Below, piece by piece: positions 62,656-64,000 of a DNA stretch of 64,000 nucleotides. Position numbers and translations under genes: made by a program. The notes beneath the pieces are model-generated. The model made no database searches. It worked only from the letters and a program-made list of their open reading frames with translations, and had not been told where the DNA came from. How positions within the stretch are numbered: the first letter of the stretch is position 1; each line of letters opens with the position of its first letter. The stretch is taken from the NCBI GenBank assembly GCA_964016885.1, contig OZ024742.1, positions 20,460,001 to 20,524,000 on the forward strand. Reading direction: 5' to 3'. The DNA comes from Eledone cirrhosa. Lineage: Eukaryota.

Positions 62656-63625
62656 ATAGTCAACTTATAAACTTTTCATCCGACCCTCGTATATCTGTTG
62701 GTGTACATCCTATAATGATATGGGTTACCTAATAATGTTATTGTTGCAGTTATTGCTGTATATCTGTGTTATTACTGTATGTTTATCAGAACTGACGATG
62801 TTGCTGTTCAGATGATTGATGTCTCCATGAGTTCAAATATAGCAATGTTTTATAAAAGTGTCAACGATTAGCAAACACAGCTAATGTCACCATAATTGAA
62901 AATACTGAAAGTTGAGTTGGTTTGGGCTTTGTTTTTTGTTTTTTGTTTTGTTTTGTTTTTAGTTTTGATTTTTGTTTTGGGGGGGGGGTATTTGATGTCC
63001 TTTATTGGGGGGTGCTTTTTTTTTTTTTTTTTTTCTTACCATGAAGAGAATGTACAAATATATCGCGAAATATTTCCACCAAGATTTATTGATTATGGGA
63101 GGAACTTCTGTAGAATCTAACAAAATTCTTTGAAATATCATTCATCGATATTTTTTTCTTTTGATTTTTTTTTTCTATTCTTTTAAGTTTACTTCTTTTT
63201 GTTAGTTGAACCACAATTTCTATTGTTCCTCTCGTGGAATCTGTTCCAATTCTTCTGACTGTGTCGTTTACTTGTCGGTAACCTTTGTGAAGTAGGTTTT
63301 AATTCTGTATTGTAGTACGCAAATGCTAGAAGTAAACTACTTTCCTTTGAGAAATCAACACCTGTGGCAAATTGAACCGATCTCTACGTCATGATATCTA
63401 TGTGATACTAATTTTATATCCTATGTGAAGTGAAGGGCATATAACTCGTGTGTGAGATTCTCATGTGGTAACGTGTGTTGGCAACCCAGTTTCTTTTCAT
63501 AGTGAAAACCTTTCAATACACGTTGTTGATATTCTTAAAGGAGATTTACACCACCCCAAAGCCTCAGTTATTGCTTCCCCTCTATAAATTTAAAGGTTTT
63601 GTGCCTAATTAATCTTCAGAATAGC

Positions 63626-63780
63626 CGGCGAATTGGCAGAATTAGAACATCGGATGGAATGTTTGGCGGTATTCGTTCCGGCTCTCTTCGCTCTGAGTTC
63701 AAATCCCACTAAAGTCAACTTATATATTTTCGTGGTCAATAAAATAAAACTACTAGCTCAGTATTGGGATCGATTCTTCC
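63626..63780 (+). mobile_element. tRNA-derived SINE (diverged)
   Basis: GGCGAATTGGCAGAATT..GAGTTCAAATCC..GTCAATAAAATAA. Confidence 0.7.
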
Positions 63781-63798
63781 TCTATTCTCCCTCTCTTC

Positions 63799-63863
<65 letters not shown>

Positions 63864-63867
<4 letters not shown>

Positions 63868-64000
63868 AAAATAGTCAGGACCCCGACGGCTGAGCTCCGG
63901 CCGTTTCGACAGGCCGGAGCTCAGCCGTCGGGGTCCTGACTCTTTTCCTATTACCCACTCTACTACCCATAGTATCAAGTACTCTGGTGCGTTATGGTCC
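63864..64000 (+). mobile_element. Palindromic PLE pLTR fragment (family A), runs off the window
   Basis: Arms 63864-63902 and 63912-63951. The sequence matches 2227-2426. Confidence 0.6.

Overview
AT-rich, microsatellite-saturated animal genomic DNA. It is probably from an octopus or related cephalopod; this is an inference from the SINE family and the (TA)n/(TG)n density. Main contents: (1) an apparently intact two-ORF Tx1/L1-clade LINE (11146-16943, minus strand) in a (GATA)n site; (2) an intact Penelope-like element (PLE; RT + GIY-YIG, 1210 aa) with 633-bp direct pLTRs and a 2.5-kb inverted, tail-outward copy (22095-29354); (3) about ten small PLE-type relics, many of them palindromic, from unrelated sequence families, most carrying a type I hammerhead ribozyme motif (including U3-A8 core variants) and sitting in or beside (TA)n; (4) a 62-bp satellite of about 57 copies; (5) an 11.3-kb array of 15-nt units that may be a giant terminal exon encoding about 3,780 aa of [14 protein letters not shown] repeats; (6) a non-autonomous Helitron, many tRNA-derived SINEs, and RTE, CRE and R4-like LINE 3' fragments. 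No conventional host gene could be securely identified. Most short ORFs in the track are microsatellite artefacts. All alignments were done by eye.
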